Shown: piece after piece, positions 1 through 13,475 of the stretch | Layout: every line of letters starts with the position of its first letter | Position numbering within the stretch: position 1 is the stretch's first letter | From: Carcharhinus amblyrhynchos | Taxonomy: Eukaryota | Assembly (NCBI GenBank): GCA_965287045.1 | Contig: OZ336885.1 | Coordinates: 45,198,001-45,262,000, forward strand | DNA length: 64,000 nucleotides | Direction: 5' to 3' | The notes under the pieces: model-generated | The model's input: the letters and a program-made list of their open reading frames with translations, nothing else | What the model was told of the DNA's origin: nothing | Databases searched by the model: none | Translations under genes and position numbers: made by a program

Positions 1-1535
1 CAGTGGAGGAGGCCAAACACACAATTGAGAGGGAGAGTACAGCATTGATGGCCTGGGTGGACTCCTCCACTGTCTGAACCAAGGCACAGATACTCTCTGG
101 AGGTTCTGCCAGATCTTCTCATGCGTCTTGCTCGACTTGCAGCATTTGCTGCCTTAGATGATTTTGAGATTAATCATCAACCTGGGTCTCATCGTGGGTC
201 TGGCCTCCACCATCCTTCAAATGTCATTGGCCTCACCTGTTATTGCCTCAGACAGCTGTTCAGGTACCAGTGTGGTGCTCAAACCAGGTCATGACCCCAA
301 TTTACTCCTGAGTCCCAAGAATGAAAACATTCTTCTCTGGATTGCAAGCCAAAGGAATTGCTTGGAAGAAATAATCAACTTGAGCACTCTGGTGTTTCCT
401 AATATCACAACTATATTGTGTAATTGTCAGTTTGCCTGCATCAGTAGCTTCATATGATTGCATGTGTTGAAGCATGTAAAGAACTATCCCTATTTAACAA
501 TTGGACAAGAGCATTACAATTATCTCACCATGATTAATTCAACTGTGACTTTGCACAAAAGCTATATTTTTCCTCAATAATTAATGCAGTTGCACAGGAA
601 AAAGAACTCAGATTTTTTTTTGCAGCTCTTCATTTTATATTGTGATGAAGGGCCTCAAAACTATAAGTGGCTTGGGCTCTTTGGACTCCTGAGTGGGCCT
701 GGTGCCAGACATGCATTGTCTGACAGAACTGTTTTTGCAGGAGATGCTGTAGCCTCTATCCATTGCCACTGAGACCATGGGGTCTTCCTCACCTGCCTGC
801 ATCTGCACAATCACACTTATTCATTGATGTACTTACTCCCAAAGGCACCTGAGGTTTGCAACTCACCTTGGCAAAATGGAGAACATTGTTGAACGACCTG
901 CTGCACTGCAACTGGTTCTACGGATGCAGTCCTCCATCCAGGCTTTTTTGTTCATTGGTGGGTTTCCTACCTTCTATCCCTGGAGAAGAGGATCTTCTGC
1001 CTTGATTCCAAATAGTCTCATTGGCCAGATTGGTGATAGCTTCTTTTCTGAGGCTGACATAGGTACCTTGATCTCAAACATGAAGGATTTTCTATGTTTG
1101 AAGAGAGGGTGGCTTCAGATTGATGAGGATTGTTTGGTCTCAGGCAAATGATGGGTGATCTCGGGCAAGTTTGGCGTTGTAGGCAAATGAAGGGTAGTTT
1201 CAGATTGATGAAGGGTGATGTCAGTGACTGTGGCTGCTCACAGATTGCATGCTTCCTGCTGGACGTAGTTGCATTTGGTGCCTGGATGCTGGCGGCCCTT
1301 TAAGCATGCAGCCAGAATCACCTGCTGTATCAGGTGATGTGACCGCTGCCTCAAACCTGGCCCTGCTGACCATTACTTGGCTGTGTGGCCTGAGATCACT
1401 TTGTGAACATAGCTCAGAGGGGAGGGTCTTTGTCACCCACCTCCAGTTTCACCTCCATCCTGCTGCTGCAGGTAAAATTCTGGCACAGTGCATGACAACT
1501 GACCTGTGCTTCTCCGTAGAAGAATTCCAGCAGAA
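1..1535 (-). mobile_element. Degenerate PIF/Harbinger-like DNA transposon remnant (Myb/SANT-like and HARBI1-like fragments)
   Basis: Minus-strand fragments near 885-990 read KILFSRDRR / KKAWME / LQCSRSFNN across frameshifts, resembling the Harbinger Myb/SANT protein (AW.E...W.QCRK.FNDL). ORF 1221..1436 contains SELCSQSDLRPHSQ, resembling the Harbinger transposase N-terminus. Heavily decayed; boundaries uncertain. Confidence 0.4.
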
Positions 1536-3435
1536 TCTCTGAAAGGCAAGTGAAAACCCTGCACTCATTATCCAGATTCAGACTTCAAAGTACTGGAGTT
1601 CAGCAGGAACTTTCGGAAGTACGTGCCTGTGCAAAACCATTGCCAGAATAAAGAGTAATGCATTGCCATTGGTCCACACAATAAACAGATAGTCCTTGAA
1701 ACATTCAGAGCTCCCTGGTGACCAAACCAAGGCAGTTACAGTTGTGTGGAGATTTTGCATCATGATAATAGTGGAGTTCGGTTGCACAGGAAATAACTGT
1801 TTTGCATCCAGAAACAGTTTGTCATTTTACAGACAGTGGAACTGGAATAACATTGTGTGAACATACAGAAATGTTCAAATTCTAATTTGTTTCCAATCAT
1901 CTTTCTCCCCACAAGCTCACTGGGGAAGAAATTAGGCTCCATGAAACTTGTATTATTTTATGCACAACAAGACAATTTAATGTTCAGTAAATGATGTCTG
2001 ACACTCACATTTCTGAAGGCAAATGGATGTCACCTTGTTAAAGAGATTTGCATGGATCTGCAAATAATGACTACTAGCAGTCATTTGGTGTGGAATGCTG
2101 ATTTGATGCCAACGCTGTCATGATTGAATCCATGTTGCAGTCTATGCCCTGTGTTAACCTCATACAACTTGACACAATGGCATGAAGGACCTTCCACCAA
2201 TATTATTTAAAAAGATCGTGAATTTAATTGCTAAACTATTTTTCCTGCCTCCTGTTGTAATTTGTGTTTTGGAGCTTTCCCAAAATTTCATGAGACTGCA
2301 GGGAATGGTCTGACTGGTACTAAAGTATATTTTTGGTGTGTTCCTAATACCAGTTCCTGGGAAACTCTACTATATACCTTCCTCCAGTCTGCAAAAGAAA
2401 TATTTACTACTATTACCTTGTTCCTGTCACACAACCAACTTCACAGCCATGCTGCCACTGTCCCTTTGCTCCATGAGTTTTAACTTTACGTTCAAGCCTA
2501 TTATTTTTAATTTTTGGAAGTCCATCTCCACCACATCAATCTTGTTACCCTTATCAATTCTCTCTATTACTGCATCAAAAAATGGAATCACTAAATCTTC
2601 CCATTACAATCCATACTGATGTACCTTAATTAATTCATATTTGTCCTAGTCACTGTTACTTTTGTCACACATTATCATTTCCCATCCCCTTTTTGAACAA
2701 TGGTGTAATTGAAATTCTCCAGTCTTCTGGCACCACACCTGTATATCTAAGACAGATAGGAAGATTATGGCCAGTCGTTCTGCATTTTACCCTCTTACTT
2801 TTCTCCACATCTGCAGGTGTATCTGATCTGGTGACTTATACAGCGGAATTTAATGGAGGTTATTCATGTGGGCACGATCGTGGGGGGAGGATTGATGGGG
2901 GGGGGCGTGTGGAGAAGTGCTCAGCAAATTGGATGTGAATATTTGGTGGGAGGATCAGGAAAGACTCTATGATGGAATCCTGCCACTGGCAGCAGGATGC
3001 CAAATAGGTTGATTAATGAGACATTTAAAGCCAATTATCCCTGAGCCCACAAACCTGATAGGTTGCCAGTGGTCTACTAGGGGTTCCTCATTGACAGGCA
3101 CTCTATGCCCAATCAAACCTGGCACTGGAAAGAAGGGTGCACTCGTAGCCACCACCTGTCCCAACTCTCTTCCTGCCCCACTGATCTATCAGCAGGAATC
3201 CAGCAATGATCCCTCAGAAGACTTTAGAGCATTATTAGCAGCAACTATCACTCCCAGTGGCACTGCAGGAATTAAAAACCTGTTGGCCACTGGCCACCCC
3301 ACTGGATCTTGATTGTGTGTGAGGCCTGATGCTGGCAAGTTACATGCTTGATTACATTTAAATAGTTTCAGGCCTCCTGGACAACAGTGACATGGGGCTC
3401 CCACAGGTTCTCCAACCGGGACTCCAGCTGCACAA

Positions 3436-3743
3436 CTATTTATTCATTTATTAGTGTCACAAGTAGATTTACACTAACACTGCAATGAAGTTACTGTGAA
3501 AATCACCTAGTCACACATTCTGGCACCTGTTTGGGTACATTGAGGGAGAATTTAGCATGGCTAATGCACCTAACTAGCATGTCTTTCAGACTGTGGGAGG
3601 AAACTGGAACACCCAGAGAAAACTCACGCAGACACAGGGAGAACGTGCAGATTCCATACAGCCAGTGACCCAAGCCAGGAATCAAACCGGGGTCCCTGAC
3701 ACTGTGAGGCAGCAGTGCTAACCACTGTGCCATCGTGCTGCCC
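3436..3743 (-). mobile_element. tRNA-derived V-SINE (HE1-like head and core) with Rex/Babar-like tail
   Basis: Minus strand begins GGGCAGCACGATGGCACAGTGGTTAGCACTGCTGCCTCACAG (A box), then GGTTTGATTCC (B box) and the V-domain TTCTCCCTGTGTCTGCGTGAGTTTTCTCTGGGTG. It ends TGTGACACTAATAAATGAATAAA. Confidence 0.85.
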
Positions 3744-4042
3744 TAACTAATTTCTGCCTGTTAACTTCTAAGTACAGCTGAAGCATTGTCTCTTTGTTTT
3801 CAAATCTTAGTTAATTCCATGTCTCAGCTACTTCCTTTTCCACTGTGACTTTGGCAGCTTCTTCCTTGGCAAAGCTAGTGCAAACTACTCATTTGGAATC
3901 TCAGTTATGCCTGCTACCTCCTAATCAACTTACTCCCCCTTTTGCCAACTCTTTACTAGTTATATGTAAAAAGAGATTTTTGGATTCACTTTTATGTTAG
4001 CCATCTGTTTTTTTTTCATACTTTTTTTGTTTTTCTTTATTA

Positions 4043-4362
4043 TAGAATCATAGAATTCTACAATGCAGAAGGAGGCTATTCGGCCCATTGAATCTGCACC
4101 AACCACTATCCCACGCAAGCCCTATTCCTGAAACCCCATGCATTTACCCTAGCTAGTCCCTCTGACAATAAGGGGCAATTTAGCATGATCAATCCACCTA
4201 ACCCGTGCATCTTCGGACTGTGGGAAGAAACTGGAGCAGCTGGAGGAAACTCACACAGACACAGGAAGAATGTACAAACTTCATATAGACAGTGACCCAA
4301 GTTGGGAATCGACCCTGGGTCCCTGGCACTGTAAAGCAGCTGTGGTAGCCATTGTGCTGCCC
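4043..4362 (-). mobile_element. HE1-type V-SINE with CR1/HER1-like tail
   Basis: tRNA head, V-domain core, and tail ...CCGAATAGCCTCCTTCTGCATTGTAGAATTCTATGATTCTAT. Confidence 0.85.
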
Positions 4363-5409
4363 TAACTAATTTCTATCACCTCCTTTCCGAACTTTCTCTA
4401 TTTAGCCTTGCTCTCACTTTTAGTTTACATGCTCTTTTCTGCTTTATCTTACTTTCTATTTCTTTTGTCATCCAGAGAGCTTTGGGTCTGTTTGTCCTAC
4501 TTTTCCCTCTCACGGGAATATACCTCAACTATCTCTGAAACATCTCCTTGTTAAAGGCAGCCAGTTCATCCAAAATTGTTTCATCTGCCAATTTATTTGG
4601 CCCAGGTTTGTTCTCACCTCATTGAAATTGGCCTTTCCCCAATTATTTTTACTCTGAATTTTTCCTGGTCCTAAAACTTCGGAAACTATGATCACTGTCA
4701 TCCAACTGACATTTAACTCACTTGGTCCACTTCATTGATGAAACTGGATCCAACAATGTCTTCTTTTTCATTGGACCAGAAAAATACTGATCAAGAAAAT
4801 TCCCCTGAAGGCACTTCAGAAACCCTTCCCCCTCTCTGTCTTTTATACTATTACTATCTTAGTCTATGTTAGGATGATTGAAGTCCTCCGTCATAACAGT
4901 TATATAGCATTGTACCTCCGTATACTTTCCTTTCTCTATATCTTTCCTACTAGTCGGTAACCCATAGAACACATTTGGTAGTGTAATGATGCCTCTGTTG
5001 TTTCTTGGATTAAAAGATTCTGCCCTCGAGCCCTCCAGGACATCCTCCCTCTTCAGTATTCTAATATTCTCCTTAGTCAATACTACAACCACTCCTGTTT
5101 TCTTTCCTTCCCTTTCTTTCCTAAATACCTTTCAATCTGCAGTATTTAGGATCCAGTCTTGCACTTATTTGAGCCTAGGTAGGATCATGACAGGATATTC
5201 ACCCATTCCTATCTGTGCCTATAGTTAACCAACCTTATTTACCACACTTCATGCATGTACATACACTCACAGTGAACTTAATTTAGAGCCAAATGCATTC
5301 CCTCTTTCTCTGATCCCACTTCACAACTTACTATTTCTTACTCCAAATGCCACTTGTCTCTCCCAATTCTTTATGCATCTTGTTTTTCCTCTGTTATATT
5401 CTGATTCCC

Positions 5410-6170
5410 TGATGAAATAGCTGAAGATGATTGGGCTCATGCCACTCCCCTGAGGAGCTTCTGCAATGTGACTGCGGTGACTGACCAGCAACCACAGGTA
5501 TGACTCCAACCACCGGAAAGTTTTCCCCATGACTTCCATTGTCTTTAGTCTTGCTATGGCTCCTTGATGCCACATGTTGTCACATGATGCCTTGATGTCA
5601 AAAGCACTCATTCTTATCTCACTTCCTGAGTTCAGCTTCTGTACTGAGGTCAGGAGCTGAGTGACTGACAGAATCAGAACTGAGCATCAGTGACTGGATT
5701 ATTGCTGAGCAAGTAATACTTTATAGCACTGTCAAGGACTCTTTCCATCGCTTTGCTGATGATTGAGAGTAGACTGATAGGGCAGGGATTGGCCAGGTTA
5801 GATTTCTTCTGCTTTTTGTGGACAAGACATAGCTGGGCTTTTCTCCACATTGCTGCATTGATGCCAGAGCTTTGATCTGCTCACTGATTGTGGAATTGCT
5901 TAGCCCCAACTATCACATGCTGGTACTGCTGTTTGACATACCAGCAGTCCTGTGTTGTAGCTTCATCAGGTTGACGTCTTATTTTTAGATGTGCCTGGTG
6001 CTGTTCTTGACATGCACTTTTTGTTGAGCCACAGTTGATGCCCCAGCTTGAATGTAATGGTAGAACAGGAAATATGCCAGGCCATATGGTTCAAGATTGT
6101 GGCTGTATGAGATTCTGCTGCGGCTGATGACCAACAGCATCTTATTGATGCCCAGCTTTGATTTGCAACA
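5410..6170 (-). mobile_element. Degenerate L2/CR1-group LINE RT fragment
   Basis: ORF 5321..5611 reads FDIKASCDNMWHQGAIARLKTMEVMGKTFRWLESYL (RT domain, ALDIKAAFD.VWH-like). Same family as 53290-55925. Confidence 0.7.
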
Positions 6171-6189
6171 GATCAGGCAGATTGAACAT

Positions 6190-6575
6190 GCTCTTTTCTC
6201 TAGAAAAGGGAAGGCTGATGAGTGATCTGATGGAGACCTTTAAGATCATCAAGATTTTGATAGGGCAGGCATGTATAAGTTGCAGCTGAAAACAGAAGTA
6301 AGAACAATAAATATGTAGTACTCACTTATAAATCCAATAAATAATTCAAGAGAAACCACTTTACCCAGAAAATTGGTTAGAATGTTGAACCTACAACCAT
6401 AAGGAATAGAGTAGTTGAAACAAACGGCATTGGTGATTCAAGCTGAATCTAGGTATAAACACATCAGGGAGAAAGGAATAGAAGAATATGTTGATGAAGT
6501 TAAATTTGGAAGGGTGGAAGGAGGCATCAACACCATCAAGGACGAGTGACCAGTTTTCATGCTGTAAATACAATG
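6190..6575 (+). mobile_element. Old CR1 3' fragment
   Basis: CTTTTCTCTAGAAAAGGGAAGGCTGATGAGTGATCTGATGGAG (LFSLE.RRLRGDL-like) followed by CR1 3'UTR-like sequence. Confidence 0.6.
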
Positions 6576-8703
6576 TAATAATCCAACGTAAAATGTTAAT
6601 AACTTGATACTTTCATCAATAATAAATTCATTTTTAGTGTTTTTTGTTATTTTAGAATGCTCACAAATGGTGGCAATTCTGAAGAATAGGATGTTTTGCT
6701 ATTTTGGATATCTAATGTAAGCATCGTCCTAAAATGGAACAGTGTACCCATCGCAAACCTTCAAGCACAAAATAAGTTTACACAAAATAAAACAGAATGG
6801 AAAAGCGTAATTGATAACAGGTCTCAATAATGTAAATCAGCAGAAACTCTGGACAAACTTAAATATTTTTTCTCGCTATTGGGTTGAGGTTATATTTGAT
6901 AGGAAGAACAATAAGAGTTACAACAAATATTGCACCTAAGTGATAGGTCTGATGTCGAAAGAAAAAAGGTGCAGAAACTTAATACCGCACAAAAGAAACA
7001 GCAATACGTTGATGTTTTCAATGGTATTGCTGCATTGTGAAGCTATTGGAACACATTTCCAGTTTGTAAGTCTGGTGTCAAACAGTGCAGGAAGTGCCAT
7101 GTCAGTGTAACATTAGATAGTTTTCTAACAGAAGGCTACAGGGAAACATTAGCACAGTCACTTGCCAATGTTTATAAAAGTTTTCTAACAGTACTATTGT
7201 CCAAAGGCTGTGAGGTGCTCAATGCCAAAGTCTTGCTTTCAGGATTGAAGCTGGGAACTTGGCTCCGATTCAAAAGGTTTTGTGCTACAATTAAACCTTT
7301 TAAAGGGCCACTGTTATTAAGAATGTCTGGCTTGTGACACCTTTTTTTTTGCTTTGGCAATCTAACTAAATGTGATTGGCAATCTAACTGAATATAGTAG
7401 TGATTCAAAAGGAACCAGAACCAGAAGCTTAGCAACAAGTGATACCAACCCACCAGGACTGTCCTGATTCCCCAGGAATTAAATATTGATCTCCTGGACA
7501 CTGCTGCCAACAATCCAGGAGAAAATAAGCATATGGTGCATTAAAAAAACATGCCTTTTCACTTTCCTTGAACAATTTTATTTATGATTCTTAAAGATAT
7601 TGGATAAAGTGAAGAAAGGAAGTTTGGGTTGGAGCAGCAGCTGGAAATGGGCAAGTGTTGCAAAAAATCAGTAGTTTAAAATTCAGCACTCCCAGAGGTA
7701 CTATCCAGTTGTGGTCAAGCAATTCTTCCTGGGGTAGCCAGTACTGGAGACCTCCAAAACCAGGTATTAGATAATTTTGTGATGCTTGTTGGTAACAACA
7801 TGTCCGAGGGTGATGTTATCATGTACATGGTGACCTCATTCCATTTGGGGATTCTGCACCATTGCAGAGGCTGGGGGACTGGGGAGAGGATGGCGGGGTG
7901 AAGGGGATGGGGAATGGTGGTTGGGGTGTAATATGAGAAAAGTGTCAACTCAAACTTAGCTAATGTATCTCAGAATCATCAAGACTGCTGCAGATCAAGA
8001 AAGGAATGTTGGAGTGGTCTATGGGTCAAAATACTAAGTGTGAAGCCATCTGATATCAATCAGCAGCCAGATCAGATTGTTACATGGGTATCTGTCATGA
8101 TCTCAGTGGACCCAATGATCTCCTTCTGTGCCATATGTGACTCTACCTCTAGTACAAAACCTGATGTCCAGGTAAATTACTTCACTATTTCTTGTAAAAC
8201 AGATTTTAAAACTTTCCATGGTGGAAGTCATGGAGAAGAACTTGCTGCCTGATTCCCGCCATAACCATAATAGTCAGCTGACTGGAGCAATTTAGGAATT
8301 TATATTGAACTCCTATGATACTATTTAATTATTCAACTGGGTACAGCCTCCAGTAGACACTTCAACGAGTGTCAGCACTCAACAGTAAAAACCAGGCTGC
8401 TACCACATTATATAGTCATGGAGTAATTTATGGCACAAAAGGAGGCCATTCAGATACCCTCTGCGCCCTAGCATTCCCAAGAATGGAACATCTCTCATAC
8501 ATTTCAAAGTCCTAAGGCCCAGAGCTTTGACTTTCTCAGTGTTTGTTTTCCACTGTCAGACCCTTGATTCTATGTTAATGGGGATCGATCTTCAAACTGG
8601 ACTAGGCCCCCGCTGGCCAGCCAGTGTCCAAAGAAAAATATGAACATACAATTTCAGAGCAGGAATTGGCCCCTTGAGCCTTTGCTGTCATACAATAAGA
8701 TCA

Positions 8704-9553
8704 TTTGATTTGATTTGATTTATTATTGTCACATGTATTAACATATAGTGAAAAATATTGTTTCTTGTGCGCTATACAGACAAAACATATCGTTCATAGG
8801 GAAGGAAATGAGAGAGTGCAGAATGTAGTATTACAGTCATATCTAGGGTGTAGAGAAAGATCAACTTAATGCATGGTAAGTCCATTCAAAAGTCTGACAG
8901 CAGCAGGGAAGAAGCTGTTCTTGAGTTTGTTTGTATGTAACCTCAGACTTTTGTATCTTTTTCTGAAGGAAGAAGGTGGAAGAGAGAATGTCCGGGATGC
9001 GTGGGATCCTTAATTATGCTGGCTGCTTTGCCGAGGCAGCATGAAATATAGACAGAGTCAATGGATGGGAGGCTGGTTTGCATGATGGATTGGGCTACAT
9101 TTATGACCTTTTGTAGTATCTTGCGGTCTTGGGCAGAGCAGGTGTCATACCAAGCTGTGATACAACCAGAAAGAATGCTTTCTATGGTGCATCTGAAAAA
9201 GTTGGTGAGAGTCATAGCTGACATGCCAAATTTCCTTAGTTTTCTGAGAAAGTAGACGCGTTGGTGGGCTTTCTTAACTATAGTGTTGGCATGAGGGGAC
9301 CAGGACAGGTTGTTGATGATCTGGACACCTAAAAACTTGAAGCTCTCAAACCTTTCTACTTCGTCTCCATTGATGTAGACAGGGCATGTTCTCCTTTACG
9401 CTTCCTGAAGTGAATGACAGTCTCCTTTGTTTTGCTGACATTGAGGAAGAGATTATTGTTGCCGCACCAGTTCACCAGATTTTCTATCTCATTCCTGTAC
9501 TCTGTCTCATCACTGTTTGAGTTCCAACCCACTACAGTGGTGTCATCAGCAAA
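8704..9553 (-). mobile_element. 5'-truncated Rex/Babar (Rex1-like) LINE nested in an older CR1 3' end (8636-8703 plus 9554-9880)
   Basis: ORF fragments FADDTTVVG...DETEYRNEIENLVNWC..NNL.LNVSKTKE and TLTNFFRCTIESILSGCITAWY, with an (CAAAT)n tail. It splits the CR1 tail motif AATAAGATCAT|GGCTGATCTG. Confidence 0.88.
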
Positions 9554-10764
9554 TGGCTGATCTGATTGTGGTCTCACTTCCACATTTGCACCTACCTCAG
9601 ATAATCTTACACTACTTTGCTTATCAATAATCAATCTAATTCTGCCTTAAAAAAAATTCAAGGACTCTGCTTTCACCACTCTTTGAGGAAGAGTGTTCCA
9701 GAAACTAACAACCCTCTGAGAGTTAAGATTTCTCCTCGTTTGTCTTAGTTGGGCAGCCACTTATTTTTAAACAGTGACTCCTAGTATTTGATTCTCCCAC
9801 AAGATTCTTCTTCCAACATTCACCCTGTTAAACCCCTCAGGATCTTCTGTATTTCAATCAAGTTGCCTCTTACTCTTTTAACTGCCAGTGGAACAGGCGT
9901 AGCCTATTCACCACAAGGAAATGTAGATATTATCTTAAAAAAAACTTTAAGTATTGTATGTCCCTTCTGTCCATTTATTGAATGACAGGCTAGCTACCTG
10001 AGCCTTGTTAGAACTTTAAAAACAAAGTAGAATGTCACACCACTTTTCTTCCTTCATTACTGGGCTACAGTTTCATATGCAGTGAACGTCCTCTGATAAG
10101 TTGTCAATCGTTCATGAGTGGAGGCTATTCAACTGTAGAAAGTATCACAGCCACCCCCTATCCAAGCCTCAACAGTCCTCCCTTCGTGATCACAAACAGG
10201 AATCCTGGTTAACCTCCACATCTGACCTTCCACAGTCCAAGGTGTTGTCACCAGTTGTAGTTCTATCTGTCCCAACTGAAATCAGCTAACAGATCAGGAT
10301 TCAAAACTGGGATCTTCCTGATTGCTGTGACTCAGAGCATGGTGGGTGATGCATGAACAGTGATCGCAAAAACAAATATACTGTCACCCTTTTAAACGTT
10401 TATTTTGGAGCATAAATACAAGCAAATTGAATATTATTTATGGTAGAAAGTCTTTTCAGTTCTCACATCCAAGTCTAATTTCATTTGTCTGGAATTTTTT
10501 AACAACACAACCTATTCAAGTGTAATAGCCGCTGTGTTTTAATTTCAGTAGATCACACCGTGCTTAAATAATCACACAAAGATAATCTTCTGTATCCCTC
10601 CAACTCGAATAATGTGATAGACATCATCCTGCGATGTGTTTGTATAATCGGTCTTTATTATGTGCTACTTTAATAGCCTATAAGACCATCTTTATGCATC
10701 TGTCACTTCAAATCCTTGAGTCTGATTCCACTATTGGTAAATTAACACAGGATCAACCCGAATT

Positions 10765-11138
10765 GACGCTGTAGCTTAGTGGTAGCACTGTTGTCTCTGA
10801 GTGTGAATGTCATGCACTCCAGTTCACTGGTCCAGAGGCTTCAGTACAAAATCTATGTTTCTTGGAGGTGCTTCATTTCGATGAAATGTTAAACCAGGAT
10901 CCCAAGGCATTATTTTGAAGGAGAGAGGGGGAATCCTCCCTAATATCCTGGCTGGTAAGTATCCATCAACATTGTTAAAACAGATTATCTGATAATTTTC
11001 ACATCTGTCTGTGGGACCCTAACATGTGAAATGCCTGCTACATTTCCCACACTGCACACTTTTAAATAACTCCATTGACTGTAAAGCACCTTGGGACATC
11101 CTGAGGTAATGTAAAATGCTATATAAATGCAAATCTTT
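10765..11138 (+). mobile_element. DeuSINE (SacSINE1-like) tRNA-derived SINE
   Basis: tRNA-like head GTAGCTTAGTGGTAGCACT, central GGAGGTGC..CATTTCGATGAAATGTTAAACC, tail TGTAAAGCACCTTGGGACATCCTGAGG...GCTATATAAATGCAA. Minus-strand fragments also occur near 35780-36120, 47180-47390, 52020-52300 and 62400-62570. Confidence 0.7.
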
Positions 11139-11270
11139 AGATAGATTCTACAGACCTTGACAGCAAAATTAATTAAAGGGGGAACTCACTCTTTTTTAAA
11201 TTACCTGGTCTCATTAGACTATAAACTAATTTCAAGCCACAAGGCAGTTCCCAGAGCTTTTCCAATGTTA

Positions 11271-11872
11271 CATAAGAACATAAGAAATAGGAGCAGGAGT
11301 AGGCCATCTAGCCCTTCGAGCCTGCCCCACCATTCAATAAGATCATGGCTGATCTGAAGTGGATCAGTTCCACTTTCCCACTTTCTCCCCATAACCCTTA
11401 ATCCCCTCTCTTATCAAAAACCCATCGACCCATGACTTAAATATATTTAGTGAGGTAGCCTCCACCACTTCAAAAGGCAGAGAATTCCAGAGATTCACCA
11501 CCCTTTGAATGAAGAAGTTCCTCCTCAACTCTGATCTAAACTTATCTTGAGGCTGTGTCCTCTAGCCCTGCTATCCTTTCTAAGCGGGAAGAATCTCTCT
11601 ACCTCTACCCTATCCATCCCCTTCATTATCATATACGTCTCTATAAGATCCCCCCTCATCCTTCTAAACTCCAACGAGTACAGACCCAGTCTATTTAGTC
11701 TCTCTTCATAGGCTAACCCCCTCATCTCCGGTATTAGCCTAGTGAACCTTCTCCGCACTCCCTCCAAGGCCAATATATCCTTCCGCAAGTGTGGTGACCA
11801 AAACTGCACACAGTACTCCAGCTGCAGCCTCACCAGTGCCCTGTACAGTTGCAGCAAGACCTCCCTGCTTTT
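11271..11872 (-). mobile_element. 5'-truncated young CR1 LINE (same family as 23250-24676) with an internal deletion
   Basis: ORF 11525..11857 reads LQLYRALVRLQLEYCVQFWSPHLRKDILALEGV...; (TTCTTATG)n tail. Confidence 0.95.
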
Positions 11873-13475
11873 AATTTTAATTTTGAAGCATTGATTCTTG
11901 CTGGGAGGTTAAATCTTGTAGAACCTGATTTGATTTACAACTGGGGAGTTATTACAAACAACCTGAACTCCCATAAATTTTCTTAGAATTTTGTCAATAG
12001 GCTGTTCAACTCTGGTAGAATCACACTTTTTTCCCAATTTTGCCCTGCCCTAATACATGCATTTTTTGACAGAGGATTTTAATGATTATGAATGAGTCTC
12101 TGGCCCACCATCAACACCACCACCACTCATATCTTCCTTCCCTCTCCCCATTCCAGGGCACTGAAAATAATTGTAACAATGCCACTGCTAGACAGAGTGA
12201 GGTCAGTCTACTATCCACTTACAGGAAAATCTGCTTTGGATGTTCCAAGTCTCTCTGAGCAGAGTATTTCTTAACTCACCACATACTAATGTAAATTGAA
12301 GGTTCGTGTGGCGGTACATTCATTTCAGGCTTTCCCTTGTGACTCTGAAATTAATCACAAGGATAGTACTAATATTTACCAGCCTTTCCCTGTGAGGAAG
12401 CACTGAGCCTCCACTCCTATCTATTCCACAATATTGTAGTCATAAAATGGATGGATTTCCATCTTCCCTGCCTGGGCTGTATCAAAATTCAACTGAATTA
12501 AATTCAATTCAAGAATGTATATCAAGTAACAAAACACTGTACTAGATTATTGCTCAGGAAAATGAAAATCACTTCACTATTTTTGAACCAAACATACATA
12601 ATTACTTGTTCCTAGTGAAATTTAAAAGTAATAAAATCTAAGGCCTAAATTTTCTGGTTCCAGGAATTATCGCAGACGGACAATTTAACAGACCAGCAAA
12701 ACATCCGTTGACTTTGGGTGGGATATTTCAAGTCCTGTCCTAAGTTACAGAAGTGGAAAAATAGACATCTGTTTTAGAAACTAGACATCCTGTTCTTATT
12801 TTAATAATTACTGGTGGATATTTGTGGTATTACTCAAAGAAAGTCAAGAGAATGTGAATTTCCTTCAGCGCATTACTGATGCTGTGTTCCTACCTATAGG
12901 GATCTGCAGCTTCTGAAGATTCATCCAGCTGCAAGCATGACTTTACAATGAGGAAAACCAATCTAGATGTCACCTAGAGGCACTATTCAATGATGATACC
13001 CATGTAAGAAATCTGTGAGATACCTGGCAGACATAATGTAACATAAATCGAACAGGGTATTCAAAAACCAGACTGGATGACTACCCCACAACACACGTTA
13101 AAAAATTAATTATTGGGGCATGAACTTAAGTGTAGCAGTTACGGTCACGGTCCAGGCATTATGAATTCAAATTCCACCAGTTTAATTGCTTAGTGCCAGA
13201 AACAAAACTTCTTCATCGATGCCCCTCAGGAAAAACAAAATGTCACCCCAACCCAGCCCGGTCTGCACTTGACTCCAGTGCCACACTATATAGTTGACTG
13301 TATGTCCTTTGACGTGGCCTAGCAAGCACTCAATTGTAACACAATTGATTCAAGAAGAAGCTCAACATTACTTTCACAGGACAACAAGAAATGGCAAACA
13401 TGGTGGTCATGTCTGTATTGCTCACATCCTGAGAACTAATACATATTTTTAAAAAGCTCTATGATCCACATTTCG

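Larger units (their letters stand above)
2250..5330 (-). mobile_element. Old fragmented CR1 LINE (ORF2 endonuclease-to-RT remnants) interrupted by younger insertions
   Basis: Minus ORF 4859..5092 (VVVLTKENI...EDVLEGSRAES...VFYGLP...VMTEDFNHPNID) matches the CR1 apurinic endonuclease region. Further CR1-like pieces lie at 2250-2840 and 3760-4040. Confidence 0.65.
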
